A stretch of DNA of 64,000 nt from Callorhinchus milii. Lineage: Eukaryota. Shown here piece after piece: positions 51,635 through 64,000 of this stretch; position 1 is the first letter of the stretch, and each line of letters begins with the position of its first letter. The stretch is taken from contig NW_024704742.1 in assembly GCF_018977255.1 (NCBI RefSeq), forward strand, positions 87,980,001-88,044,000, read 5' to 3'. The position numbers and the translations under genes are program-made. The notes under the pieces were generated by a model. That model searched no databases. It saw nothing but the letters and a program-made list of their open reading frames with translations, and had not been told where the DNA came from.

Positions 51635-52495
51635 TGGTTGAGTGCAGACATGGTCTTTTAAGAAACAGAAGAAGTATAATGTAGGGAAGTGCAAAGTCCT
51701 CCACCTGGGTAGCAAAAATGGTAGACCGGGTTATTTTTTAGAAGGGGAGAGATTGGAATGTGTTAGCGTCCGGAGGGACTTGGGTGTCCTTGTACACCAA
51801 TCACAGAGAGTTAGTCTGCAGGTGCAGCAGCAATTAGGAACGCGAACGGTATGTTACCATTCATTATGAAAGGATTAGAGCATAAGAGTAGGGAAGTCTT
51901 GCTGCAACTGTATAGGGCCCTGGTGAGACCACACCTGGAATACTGTGTCCAGTTTTGGTCTCCTCATTTAAGGAAGGATGTACTTGCCTTGGAGGGGGTG
52001 CAGCGTAGATTTACTAGGTTAGTGCCAGGGATGAAGGGGATGAGTTACGAGGATAGGCTGACCAATTTGGCCCTATATTCTCTAGAATATAGAAGAATTA
52101 GAGGAGATCTTATAGAAACCTATAAGATCATCAAAGGGCATGATAGAGTAGATAGTGGGAGATTGTTTCCCCTGGTTGGAGAAACTAAAACCAGGGGTCA
52201 CAACCTTAAAATCAGAGGCCAATCCTTTCGCACTGAGTTGAGGAAGAACTTCTTCACTCAAAGGGTGGTGAATGTATGGAACTCACTACCCCAAAGGGCT
52301 GTTGACTCTCAGTCCTTGAACATATTCAAGACTGAGATGGATAGATTTCTTATTGCTGAAGGGATTAAGGGATATGGGGATAAGGCAGGGTCAGGTTATT
52401 AGCTGGAGTTAGATTAGAAGATCAGCCATGATTGAATGGCGGGGCAGGCTCGAAGGGCTGAATGGCCTACTCCTGCTCCTACATGTTATGTTATG
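51635..52495 (+). mobile_element. CR1 LINE 3' part, relatively intact
   Basis: 183-aa ORF LVRPHLEYCVQFWSP...FFTQRVVNVWNSLP, followed by a 3'UTR and a (TGTTA)n tail. Confidence 0.95.
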
Positions 52496-52869
52496 TTAAG
52501 ATGCTGTCATGGGAAGACACTAGAGTGGGTAATACATAGAATGATATGGCAAGGAACCAGGCTATTGAGGTGAACTAGTCCATGCCAGGCCCAACTAATC
52601 CATACTAGATATTAGAAAATGTTTGATTAAAAGAGGAATAAAATTCCTCGCATTCTATCAAATTTACACCTTCATCCCAGAATGTGAATTCAAAGACTCT
52701 GACGCAGTGCTTGAACCCACAACCTTCTGGCCCAGAATTCAAACAACTGAGCCAAGCCGGCAGAAATTGATATGCTGTGTGGATGAGATAGGAGGAGATA
52801 CAACTGGGTATCTGGAAGGATGAGATCAAATGGCCTGAAGGGTTTTCACCACCTGAATCAGTCTTGTGA

Positions 52870-53050
52870 TCTTTTCTTTGACCGTGCCTTCAGCTCCCCT
52901 CTCGACTCTCTACCCCCTCCTCGCTCCCTCCCTTCCCTCCCCTCACCATTTCCCCCCTGCTCGGGTCCTGACCCAACTGTACAGCGCCTTGGGACGTCCT
53001 CCCGACGTGAAAGGCGTTCAATATATGGAATCGTTGTTGTTGTTGTTGTT
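52870..53050 (+). mobile_element. Young L2 3' end with (TTG)n tail
   Basis: Same sequence family as 32628-32815. Confidence 0.88.
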
Positions 53051-54341
53051 GCAGCCAACATAAAGCAGTTTTGCCATATTTGCTGCAATCACCTGTTGTA
53101 CATAACATTGATTTAAAATGATCCAATTCAGTATTTACTTGGTAGAAGTAGTAAGTAACTTGACAGCTCACAATGTTCGAGGATTAAAATATGCTATCAT
53201 TAAGCATTCATTTTTATGATTTGTATACATTGAAGTTTAGTAGTTCAACAGCCTAGTTCAGTTGAAATAGTGGAAATAATTTGATCAAAATATGTGTTTC
53301 AGTGACAGATCTCGGATAGAAGCCGATTTTCAAAATGTTGCTAAATGTATCTCTGGAGAAATCAGGCAATCTGTGAACACTGGTTGGCATTAAATTGTAA
53401 ATTTGAATCAATAACACCAAAACCTATTGTAATTTTCTTAATTGTAACTGTATAATGACATTGACAGCAGGAATCTCTTCCCCGCGTCTTGATGGTGTAG
53501 TCTCTAGACTCTCATTCACTACTACAGAACTTCAGAGCGTCAACTGATCACCTCCCCTTCCATGAGAAGGTGTTTACGGCTATCAAAATGGAAATGAGAC
53601 AGTTTATCATTTTGAAGAAAGGCATTATCTTTCAGAACTAATAATAATATTGAGAACTTTCATTGTAGCTGTTCCCCCCTTTTCCCTCTCCCCGATTCAT
53701 GTGTAATGTTTAATATAAGATTTAATATAATATGTAATATTTTTAAATGAACTTTGTATGGTGTTACAGGCTTTCACTGCTCATAAATTCTGATAGAGTT
53801 TTTTTGTGTGTGGATACACTGATCCATAACCTCAGAAAGTCAAACACTTAGATCCTCAATCAAACGATATAGGTTCTCTGTTTTACTGTCTGCTTCTGTT
53901 AAAGCTACTGGGGCGCATTGCACCTCATACAAATAGTCTAGTAACTTTCAAACGTGAATAAAGCAATATAGCACTACTGTAGCTGACATCTCGCCAGTAA
54001 TTCAAGATATTGTTGATGTTTGGCTCATCAATGAAACTTTGGATGTCTAGCCAGACATGTCCTTAACCTTGCATGCCAAGGTCCTCAAAGATGGTGTCGT
54101 CCCAGCCAGATAAGTACAAAGAAACTTGTTAAGGGTAAACTGCACAAGTACTATTAAAAAAACACATCTAAACTGACACCTCCCTTGTGTGTACAGTGTG
54201 GTCTATATATAATACAACAACAAGATTACATTTGTATAGCGACTTTCACATCGGGAGGACGTCCCAAATAATACACACTGTATTATCAGAGGATTGCTTT
54301 AAAGGCCTCATTTATATGAAATATTTCATAAGGTAACTCAC

Positions 54342-54412
54342 ATAGTTCCATTGGTATAGACAGCATCACTCCCCTCCACATACTGCACTTGTGTTGGGTA
54401 AACATGTTGCAC
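54342..54412 (-). CDS. RFX3: RFX3 coding exon 2 (VQHVYPTQVQYVEGSDAVYTNGT + AT), 71 nt
   Basis: Not in the ORF track; read by hand. Acceptor tttctttgtatttcag|GTG and donor AT|GTGAGT, phase 0 to 2. Matches RFX3 VQHVYPAQVQYVEGSDTVYTNGAI. Confidence 0.95.
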
Positions 54413-56084
54413 CTGAAATACAAAGAAACAGAAGATAATTCAAGTCCATACACAGCATGTTATGCTCTTTCACTAAAGAGGTAAAGGAAAGCAGTTGACT
54501 GCTCAACGTTACATCTTACATTAATAATCTGCCATTGATAACAGCAGCACAACAAATTAAATCAGAATGCATTCCCCCTCCCCGAGGGTCCTAAGACCCA
54601 TATTAAAGAAGTGACCTTCACCAGTACCTAATATTGCCACTGGCAGTGCAGGAAGACATCCTTTCCGGTGAGCTGAGAAGCTCAGGCTGGCATACAGGTC
54701 ATTGAAGTGGATTTTTGGTAACTTCTTTTCAGACTTATCCAGCGATTGTGTCCGGAAGCAATCATGAACGAGAACTTAATAATAACTGCATACACCCAAG
54801 CTTGTTTTTCTATTGTAGCTGCTGTAGAATCTGCCTCACAATGTGAGCAAGGAAGCTCACACAGTACATGGACCCTGAGGCAATACTGCAAAGCTGTTTC
54901 TTGAAACCATTGTGCATTACATATACAGCACACACATAAATCACAAAATACTTTCAAAATGACCTTGTATCATGGTCAGTGTACAAAATAAGATCTTGCA
55001 CAACGTCAGCTTAAGTCTTTAGCATCTTTTACAGCACACCAGACCTGTAATGTTCAGATATTTATCTCTAAAGGCAGCAGATTGCAGAACAAGGCAGAAC
55101 ATTTCTTGAGACATGCACGAATGCTATGACAAAATAAGTAACAAATCTCTGTTCCATGCATTTTTAACAATATAAACTAAACTGACTTCAAAGGATGGTA
55201 CCTTGCATAAAAATTGAGTGGCTGAAATTACCCCAATTCTTTGTCTGTTAGATCATTTAATCTTAAAAGTGAAAGACTGTGCAGAACCTGTGAACAATTC
55301 TTAAATTCCATCTTAATTTGGAAGCTTCTTCTTTAAAGAACTGTGGAAAAATAGCTTTCAATTTAAGACTGAATGGAAGAATTTTCCACAACTCTGTGCG
55401 ATTTTAAATTTTAAGACAAAATGGTCTAAGAGTTCTGAGAATCCGTCCTATGTGAAGGGCACTGTATAAATGCAAGTAGTTGTCTAACAGGGTAAGGTGG
55501 AAATTTGGGCCAATAATATTTTCGTACTGGTCAGGTCAATATGATACTAATCATACATCTATAATACAGGAGAAGATACATGTTCCAGTCATGGTCTAGA
55601 GACTGACACCCACAATGTGTGTCACTTAAGGAGTGGGTTTAATACAACAGTTCCTTCTGGCTTTTCTGCACATTCCATTCTAAATGCAGGAAAATCTCCA
55701 TATCTAGGTGGCATACATATGAATATGCTCATTTTGACTGCATTGGTCACCTTGTGACATGTTTCTTTCCAAAGAGATGATATTAAAAGGACTGATCACC
55801 GATAGTTTTCTCGATACCTGGCCCATTTCTTTTTTTGACAGCTACAAATGTAATCTTACAGAGAGTCTTCAGTACCATCAGGTACTCATATTTTTTGTAC
55901 CCAATCTCAAAATACCTTAATAAAGAGCCAGGTAATGCTGTGATAATAAAAGCAATATTATTTGTTAAAAACAAAACAAATGGTGATATTTGTCAACAAA
56001 GGACAAATTGATTGCAGTTCCTATTTTAACAAGACATAAAAGAGATGCTAAAGGACAGGAGACAGATTTAGATCACGGTCCTTT

Positions 56085-56449
56085 TATAATAATAATCCTT
56101 GCATTCGATATAGCCGCTTATCATGTCTTTGAGGTGTCTCAAAGTGCTTCACAGAATATACTGTAAAGTGAATTGGCTGTATATTTTATGGGAAAAACGC
56201 GCTGGCCAATTGCGCACAGCAGTGACCCACAAACAGTCATGGATTGAAGTAACCAATTTATTATTATTATTACTTTTTTTGAAGGAATTATTACCCCGGG
56301 AAAAGTGATCCATTAAATGACTAACAACCGGGTTCCTACTTACCGCTAGGTAAACAGAGGCATGTGGAGTAAGGAAACTTGCCCAACATTTTGCCCTGCT
56401 GCGAATCGAACCCAGGTGTCTCGCTTGCGAGGTGAATGCTCTAACCACT
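56085..56449 (-). mobile_element. Near full-length SINE, long form
   Basis: Tail, body and tRNA-like head with B box (gggttcgattc). Confidence 0.9.
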
Positions 56450-57934
56450 TTTACCTTTGAGACCCGAGCTTAATTCCAGCACCGACTGTGGGGGTGAAAA
56501 TCGGCACTCAAAATGAGTTTTGAAGTCTCAATTCAGTTTCTTGTGGGTGTGTGCGAGTAGCAAAAAAAAATTACCTGGAATTCAGCATTAATTGGCAATC
56601 TGACTCAGAGAAGCAACAAAAATGGATGGAGGGGCAATTAGAAGGGGAAAAACAATTTCATTGAAGTGCATATGGGTATGTTCATAGTTCTCTCCGCACT
56701 GCAGTTTCTGCATCTGCAGTTCTTACAACACTTATTACAAAGAACAGAATACTTTTGATGCTTTTATTATTTTTGGCTTCAGCAATACACTGTACCTCTT
56801 CTGCTTTCCTTGCAACTCACGGTATGTTTTTTTCTGGCAAATAACACCAGCTGTTCATGTGTGTACTTGAACAAGAGCTGCTTATGACGGCAGCCTGCAT
56901 GATCTACTCAAGGTTGATGTGTGCGTATCAATGAGGATGGTCTCCCAGGAGGCTGAATGTGTTTGATATTGGCGAAGAAAAATTGGACTAGCTATAGCTA
57001 GGTCAATGAGATGAAGTTTCTGGTTGTTCAGTGCTGTAATTGTAGAGGTTAAAATTGCAATCACCATTTTTAAAGTTGAGTTTAATTCCCATTTTTAATT
57101 AAAGAAAGATAAAACAAATGGGCAAGAATTGCTTGCGAAATGAGCAAACTTACAAGTTCACTATCACAGTTAGAACAAATTATACAATTCCTAATGATTT
57201 TTAAAATCAGCTTTAAATATTTTATGTAGGTCCATACAGAGAAGAGATCCCTATATGGAAACAACAGATTTATAGCTGTTAAGTCTGAGAAACTGAGAAA
57301 TAAAGATGGAATTTTCAGCTTTGTACATGAAAGTGGAACTTTGATGTACCAGGTGAGATGTGCTGAAATTCAGACTGATAGCTAGGAGAAAGAAAGTTTA
57401 AGGAATAAAATCAGAACTGGGGAAATAAATAGCACAAGCAAGTAAAGCGAAAGTAAAGCTGAGTGAAAAATCAGCTTTCATGACCCTAATGAAACCAAAC
57501 TTCCTTGGACCTTCTTTAATAACTTTATTTTCTGCCAGTTTTCTTCCCAGCACGGTTTCCTGCTCAAATAACAGTTATTTCAGTGCCTCACCCAAGTGAC
57601 CATTTTTCATGCATGAACTGAAACAGTAATGATGAATGACCCCTTCCTCTCTCGCCATGACTCTTCCCCCCCACCACCACAGATGAGTAGGCTTCTGACG
57701 TTCAAGATCACTGATAAGGTGTACCTTTCAATCCAGTGCTTTGCTGGTGAACCAAAGCTATAACATGGAGGAATATGATACAGCTTGTAGGCACACTTCT
57801 CCGCACAGTAACTTCCTGATCTCAGCGTGGAGCTCCGATGAGGGAAGCCAGGGATATTCTCTACACAGTGTGAGTAACACTGACACGCAAGTTACTTCAG
57901 TATAAAGTTCCTAACTGAAAGTTACAGACTGGAA

Positions 57935-58327
57935 GGGCAGACCAGCCCCTGCCGGCAGGGAGCCATTGCATTCAACTCCTCTTAACCCTACAAACCATAG
58001 CCCTAATGGGTAGGGTGGTCCTAGCTGGACAAGCAGCAGGAAAGCTTGCCGGACAGCAATATCAATCGCAAGCTATATGGTTTTAGCTGGTTAGACTCCA
58101 GCAGTTAATCAGGGTGGTCCCCAAGCCTTGGCTCTTTCCAACTTGTGCCTAATAGTTTCCGGAATTAGGTAAACATGATGGGTCCCTCCAGAGAGAGTGC
58201 ACATTCCATTAAAACAATCTATCTCTGAGATTTCCATGTGTAGGTGGGATGCATGGAAATCTCAGCTTGGTTTAGATACCCTTTACAATGGTGATGGGTT
58301 TCTGCATGCGTCAGACACCTAGTTGAC
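57935..58327 (+). repeat. Unclassified dispersed repeat, copy 2
   Basis: Collinear with copies 1 and 3. Confidence 0.8.
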
Positions 58328-58741
58328 CCAATTTTTTACAGAACTGCATTGATGGAGCCCTGGGAGGCATTTGTAATAGTTGCCAGTGAGCACGTTTAAT
58401 GGAGACTAGTGAACAGGGAACTAAATGAGAGTAAAAAATAACTTCACAGGCTTTATCACAATACTGACATAATTTCAGCTGCCTGAAAAGCAGTGACAGA
58501 CCTTTTGTGCTTATAACAGGTGCCTGGTGCAGCAGTCTATTGATTCTTTACACGCAAGTGGTGATTTCATACTCTCAGTGCTCTCACAGTTTTTCACACA
58601 TGTAAAGTAACTCTAACATGCGGTGTCCTCAAATTTATTTTGGGTTTCTCTTCAGACATCGTCTCAGAAGTAAACATTTATCTCAGCAGCAGAGGTCACC
58701 TCTTTAGGATCCAACTCAACGATGTAAATCTTGAAACATAT

Positions 58742-58972
58742 GACAACAACAATAAGAGATTACATTTGTAAAGCGCCTTTCACATTGGGAGGATGTCCCA
58801 AGGCACTGGACAGTCAGGGATTTGGACTCAAGCAGGGGATTGGGATCACCGTGGAGGTTAAGAGGGGGCCGAAGGCACGGTCGAAGAGGAGGTTCTTGAG
58901 ATGTGCCTTGAAGGAGGGAAGGTGAAGGGACTGTGGGATGGAGTTCCAGAGGGTGGGAGCAGAGAGGCTGAA
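58742..58972 (-). mobile_element. L2 3' end
   Basis: FSLSAPTLWNSIP...SFKAHLKNLLFDRAF plus tail. Confidence 0.88.
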
Positions 58973-59845
58973 CTTGGAAAAATAAAGCTTGAGGAGAGGC
59001 ATGATACAGATCCTTTTATTCCCAAATTTAGCTGGTTGAACTCCAGTAGGATCCCATTATACATGGTGGAGTCCTGAGGTTTGGGCTTTTGGCTTCTTAA
59101 TATTATTATTAAAACTAAAAAAGGCATAAAAACAATCCTGGAATACCAGCAAATGGCTTCTGTTAATCCAAGTGAAGTATGTTCACCGGGATAACAATCA
59201 TACAGTATTTCCACAAGATTCATAAGTTGTGTTGTGATCTATTTACTTTACAACCAATGTTGATCAATGTCGATCACTCCTTTTGGCATCTGTGCCCAGG
59301 GTAGGTGGTGGGGCTGGGGTTATAGGCATTTGTGAGTCTGTGTATATACCAGGAAATGCCATTATACCTGTACTGTCAAGGCTGGCAATTTTGGTGACCA
59401 GTGGACCCCAATAGATGAGCATTCCTATAGAATGTTCTCAAGCATCTTGTCCAATACACATCTCATTCCTTTTACGAACTGGGCAATGTTTCCTGTCACC
59501 CTCAGGTACAGCTCCAGTTTAACAGAGCTCTTCATAATATTCACAAGAGTCTCACCTATTTCCTTTCTCGTGTTTCGAGCTCTCTGGTCTCTCTGGCTCG
59601 GTCGGCTTGTAGATATTCAATTATTTTGAGTTTCTTCATAAAACAAGATCTATTGATATTCACTTGTATTAAAGTTTCATGGTCACTAGGGTGATTCAGC
59701 GTCAATGGAAGCACCAAAAATCATATTTTCAGTAGAAGTGAAAACCTGCGAGAGATCTCATGGGTGATGTGGTTATTTGCGTCTTTCACTCTCATGGAAA
59801 ATGCCATCGGCATATTTCTCTGAGCGCATCTGGACGAAGACTCAC

Positions 59846-59971
59846 CTGCTGCTGAACAGGTACCTGCTGTACCACCTGGGCCTGTACTGCCTGCACCGCC
59901 TGCTGTCCTGCCACTGAGGTCTGTAAAGTCACTGTCGATGTGGTGTCTGAAACAGCCTCAGAGGTCTGCAT
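59846..59971 (-). CDS. RFX3: RFX3 first coding exon (MQTSEAVSDTTSTVTLQTSVAGQQAVQAVQAQVVQQVPVQQQ); the exon starts at 59979 with 8 nt of 5'UTR
   Basis: Acceptor ctttcctccatctctttag|AGGCCAGT-ATG and donor CAG|GTGAGT. The 42 codons closely match the recalled vertebrate RFX3 N-terminus MQTSETGSDTGSTVTLQTSV (RFX2 begins MQNSEGG). Confidence 0.95.
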
Positions 59972-60082
59972 ACTGGCCTCTAAAGAGATGGAGGAAAGCA
60001 GATGAAGATACATTCATTCAAATGCTGTAATGCCTGCATGAGGGAAATTAAACTCCAGAGCAGATTTTGTTTTTCTGCTGGA

Positions 60083-60170
60083 CTAATATCAAGGGAGAGA
60101 GAGAATATCAAGGGAGAGAGAGAAAACAAGAGGGAGGGAGAACGCAAGAGAGAGTGGAGACAGAAAGAGA
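60083..60170. repeat. GA-rich low-complexity tract with a short tandem unit (aatatcaagggagagagag)
   Basis: Seen directly. It is pyrimidine-rich on the RFX3 strand, about 100 nt upstream of the acceptor at 59980. Confidence 0.8.
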
Positions 60171-60664
60171 ATGCATACACAGGATACAGCAGAACACCTC
60201 AGCAGCGTGAAACTATCATACAAGATGAATCAGCTCAATTTTGGCAAGACTCCAAAATTCTACCAAAGATTCGGTTTCAGTAACAAAATGTAAACAAGAT
60301 CATAGTTAAAACTGATGGCACAAAATGCAAACTTCACTTTTGGACACACCATAGAAACTTATTATTATTTATTTTTCAATTTGACACTCTCTGCGAAACA
60401 ATGCATAGACTTTCCCCTGGATCAGTAATTGGATCTTTTCTTATGTTTTTTGCACATTTTGTCATTGCTGCACTTTTCAATCTTTTAAGTAAAGCTGCTT
60501 GCATTTAAGTGACTTTGCAAATGTTGACGAATGCTTCAAAGAATAGTACATCAGACAAAAAGAGGAGCTGTACTTCCTAAAAATAGGTTCACGTTAAGTA
60601 TTTTGCCTTGCCAAATATTGTATATAACTGCTACCAGTGCAGCCAAATTCATTAGATAGACATT

Positions 60665-60875
60665 AGGGGAGAAATCAGTCATTTCTCCCATTGTCCTGGT
60701 CAACGATCCCCTGAAATAAATTGGTTGTTCACTTCACAGCTGTTTGTGGTATTCGCCGAATGCAAACGGCTGCCGCATTCACCTACAAAATTCAGTCGCT
60801 CCACTTTACAGTATATCCTGTGAGATCTCTTCCCAATGTGAAAAGACCGATATCAAAAGTAATTATTATTATTAC
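60665..60875 (+). mobile_element. Diverged SINE 3' part
   Basis: ggctgccgcattcacctacaaa...actttacagtatatcctgtga...attattatt. Confidence 0.65.
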
Positions 60876-61410
60876 TTCTTCCCATGCATAGTGTGATTCT
60901 CATTTGCCTCCCTCTGTCAGTGTGATTATTTTTACGCTGTCAATTTTTCTCCTCAAGGTTTTTTTATTACTTTTTCATTCTACTGGTGTTCTGTTCCACT
61001 GGCAATGGGTAAATTCTAAGACCATTTTTCATGCACAAGCCTTAAACAACAGCCCATAAGCTAGCCCAATTCTATCCTCACCTGACAACCAAACACACCA
61101 CGGTCTGATAGGGATCTCTGAAAACAATGAGGAGTGGAAACTTTGTCAGGTATTCTGCATCTGAACCCAGTAGTGCTGAGGCTAATTGCACCTTCAGGTT
61201 TGCAGTCACTTAATTCAGCATAGAATGGGATGTGAATTTGTAACCTGTGTCCTCTAATTCTGTACCTACTGGGCCAACAGAGGAACTATTGCATTGTTTC
61301 TGTCTTTCAACATTGTATTGAAAAGCAACGGAGGACACCCTGGTCATTCTCATCTCTCTTCAATAAAAGCAAAGTTCCAATTAAGCTTGTGGCAAATAAA
61401 GTGTGTGTCC

Positions 61411-61549
61411 AAATAATAATAATAATCATAATCCTTGCATTTGATATAGGGCCTTATCAAATCGTTGAGACGTCTCAAAGACGTCGCATACAGATGTCTT
61501 AAAGATGTGATAAGATGCTATATCAAATGCAAAGATTATTATTATTATC
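61411..61549. mobile_element. Head-to-head SINE tails forming a hairpin
   Basis: ataatccttgcatttgatatag...ctatatcaaatgcaaagattattat. Confidence 0.8.
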
Positions 61550-62166
61550 AGGAAATGTGCATGTTTGGAAAGTATATTCACGCTGGAACGAGTGTGCAAA
61601 TGCATGGGTAGGGATTAACGCACTTTCTTGATACACTTTACAATCTCCCTCAAGCAGCTTGCTAATCTCTCTGAAATTCCTATTTGAAAGTTGTAAGGTA
61701 GATGTCACTTTGTAAGAATAGGCTACACTTCACAGCAATTTGTCTCTTTGAAATTTGTTTTCTCTTATCATTTCACACCAACTACTCTTTCTCTCTGAAG
61801 CCCTAATTCTTTTTAATTGATCCTCAATTTATTGAATTGATAACACAATATTTTTTGGGGGGGGTTGAAAAAATGCTGGTTGAAAAAGCATTAACCGAAA
61901 CATGCCTTGATCTTGGAAAAAGGATCTAGAGATATGGGATGCTTGAAAGGAGAGAAGGGTGAGAGGAGGAGCAAGTCACAATAGCCACAATTTTATATTT
62001 AATAATGCCTTTCATATTAGAGGATGTCTCAAAGCACTTCACACAGCCTATTGGCAGCCCAAACTTGGGTGCAGAGCTGAGGAAGAATGAGGGGGAAAAG
62101 TGATTAAAAAACTAGTTGAAAAGGAGTTTTAAAGGGAGGGAGTTTTAGAGAGCAGAGTTTTTTTTT

Positions 62167-62535
62167 GGTCAGCCAGGTGTCTGACACACGTGGAAACCCA
62201 TCACCATGCTTAAGAGTCTTCAAACCAAACTGAACGCTCCATGCATCCCACCTACACATGGAAATTCCAAAGCTGTTTATTAGAATGGAATATGCACTCT
62301 CTCCCTGGAGACATACATCCTGCTTACCTAATTCTAGAAAGTATTGGGCCAGGTTGGTAAGAGCCAAGGCTTGGGGAGTCAAGAGTGTGCATTGTGGTAC
62401 AGCTAAAACCGCATAGCTTGCCATTCAAAGAACTGTCTGGCAAGCTTTCTCACTGCCAGTCCGTGTAGGATCACCCTCTCCATTAGGGCTTTGCTTGCAG
62501 GGTTAACAGGAGCTGAGTGGGATGAATTCCTGCCC
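62167..62535 (-). repeat. Unclassified dispersed repeat, copy 3 (inverted)
   Basis: Reverse complement of copies 1 and 2 (cagctaaaaccgcatagctt, aagagccaaggcttgggg). Confidence 0.8.
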
Positions 62536-64000
62536 CCAGTTTCCCCTCCAATTGCCGCTGATGAGTCAGGCTGACTGGGCTGTCATTAGCATTGTCCTAG
62601 AGCCAGTTCAGCTTCAAGGAGACCCCGCTTACCTCCTTTCCAAGGAGTTGGTTATTTGAAATCGGGTAAGTGCAGGTTTGAACCCTCATTGGTGGATGTT
62701 AGGTACCAGGAATTCCCAGTGAGCTTCCCAGTGGGCAACACAGCTCAGCATGAAATGTGTGACAGCATTGCCACCATCTTCCTGTTCCCAGCTCAGACAC
62801 ATATCCCTTTCCATTGAGCGAATGTTCCACCAGTTGAAAACGCAGAGCTTCACAGTAGCTGCTTACCTCTTTGCAAACCAATTAAGGTGGATTCCAGGCG
62901 CTGCACGTAAAAAATGCATGTTCATGAACTCAAAGATTCTACGTAATTCCTTCTAGCATCTGTCACCCCAAGCCTCAAAGTTTCCTCATCAACTATGTGA
63001 AGGAGATCTCTGCATTCAGCGTAGTGGGAGGACCTTTACAGGACAGCTTGTGACGTAGCACCCACATTGATGTTCTCAAGGTCCAAGCTAATGTGGGCAT
63101 AGAATTGCTAAAAGCTCGCCACTACAACTTCTTAAATGTAGCATATCCTGAACCATTACGATTTTATTCCCAGACTGACGCTAATGGAAAATGTTTCAAT
63201 CAAGCTTAAAAATCAATTTCTTTTCACAGAGAAGACTAAGAGCCTGAGCTGGGGGCACGGGGTGCTCAAAAAGTGTGGGTGGGGAAGACGAGTGGAAAGA
63301 AATGCTGGCTGCACATTACTAGAATTTAACAACACCTAGACCTAGGACCTGACCGTGATTTGGGTGGAACATTTTAGAATGGCAGTGAATGTGCTTGAGC
63401 AGGCAATCACTGCCCATTTTAAGAGCAATATGTTTAAATCTTGTTGATTTGATTCCCAAACCAATTTCTTTATAGAAACAAACAGTACTTATTCTCCTGT
63501 GGTACTTAGAGTAGAAATTTCCTCCAATGATAGATAATGGTAATAATTATTTGGATTTATAATTGTAATGATTATTATTATGGTAATTTTAATAAACCCA
63601 CTAGAATCACAATTTGGGAGAGGTTACCCTGAATTGACAAGAAAAGGAATTCAAAAGCTGGATTCTTGTAAAACATAGACAAACACACACTATGCATGTC
63701 TGTCAAGACACCAGACTGACCACAAACCATTAAAACAGCAATTAAGAGCGTAGAAAAAACAGAGTACTATTTCACTGAAATACCCAGTTTTCTATCTCAC
63801 ACACCCATGGCATTCCACTCTTCCTGATGTGTACTCTGTTTGCATAACCACTGGGGAACTATTTGTTTTTAAATAAAACAATTTAAAGTTTCACAAAAAA
63901 GGATGGCAAAAAGCAAAGCTTGAAAAGTACTTTAATGAGATCTGCTGTCACGCAAGTTGGATGTCACTATTACCGACAAGGCCATCTCTGACCACTACTT

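Noticed and set aside
51851..52402. 183-aa ORF as a host gene
   Set aside because: It is the C-terminus of CR1 ORF2 in a 5'-truncated, frameshifted copy.
1..64000. CRISPR array, operon or other prokaryotic system
   Set aside because: There are no regularly spaced direct repeats and no dense ORFs. The window is spliceosomal intron/exon DNA of a vertebrate gene.

Overview
This is vertebrate genomic DNA, not prokaryotic. The repeat landscape (CR1 and L2 LINEs, tRNA-headed SINEs with L2-type tails, Penelope-like hairpins) suggests a cartilaginous fish, possibly a chimaera; that is an inference. The whole window lies inside an RFX3 gene on the minus strand. Five coding exons (59846-59971, 54342-54412, 42395-42653, 6640-6714, 1312-1493) have canonical GT-AG sites and compatible phases. 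They splice to the N-terminal region plus most of the winged-helix DNA-binding domain. The first non-coding exon and the 3' exons lie outside the window. The introns are dense with decayed retroelements and MITEs. Best leads: (1) a frame-preserving 66-nt candidate extra exon, possibly with an internal promoter, just upstream of the IEMAIE exon; (2) Penelope-like fold-back insertions with minimal hammerhead-ribozyme cores, one in the RFX3 sense orientation; (3) inverted SINEs bracketing the 259-nt exon; (4) a 1.6-kb nested fold-back element; (5) an R4/Dong-like retrotransposon in (TAA)n; (6) an unclassified three-copy repeat. Exon coordinates were counted base by base. Repeat boundaries are approximate, family names come from recalled motifs, and no database search was run.
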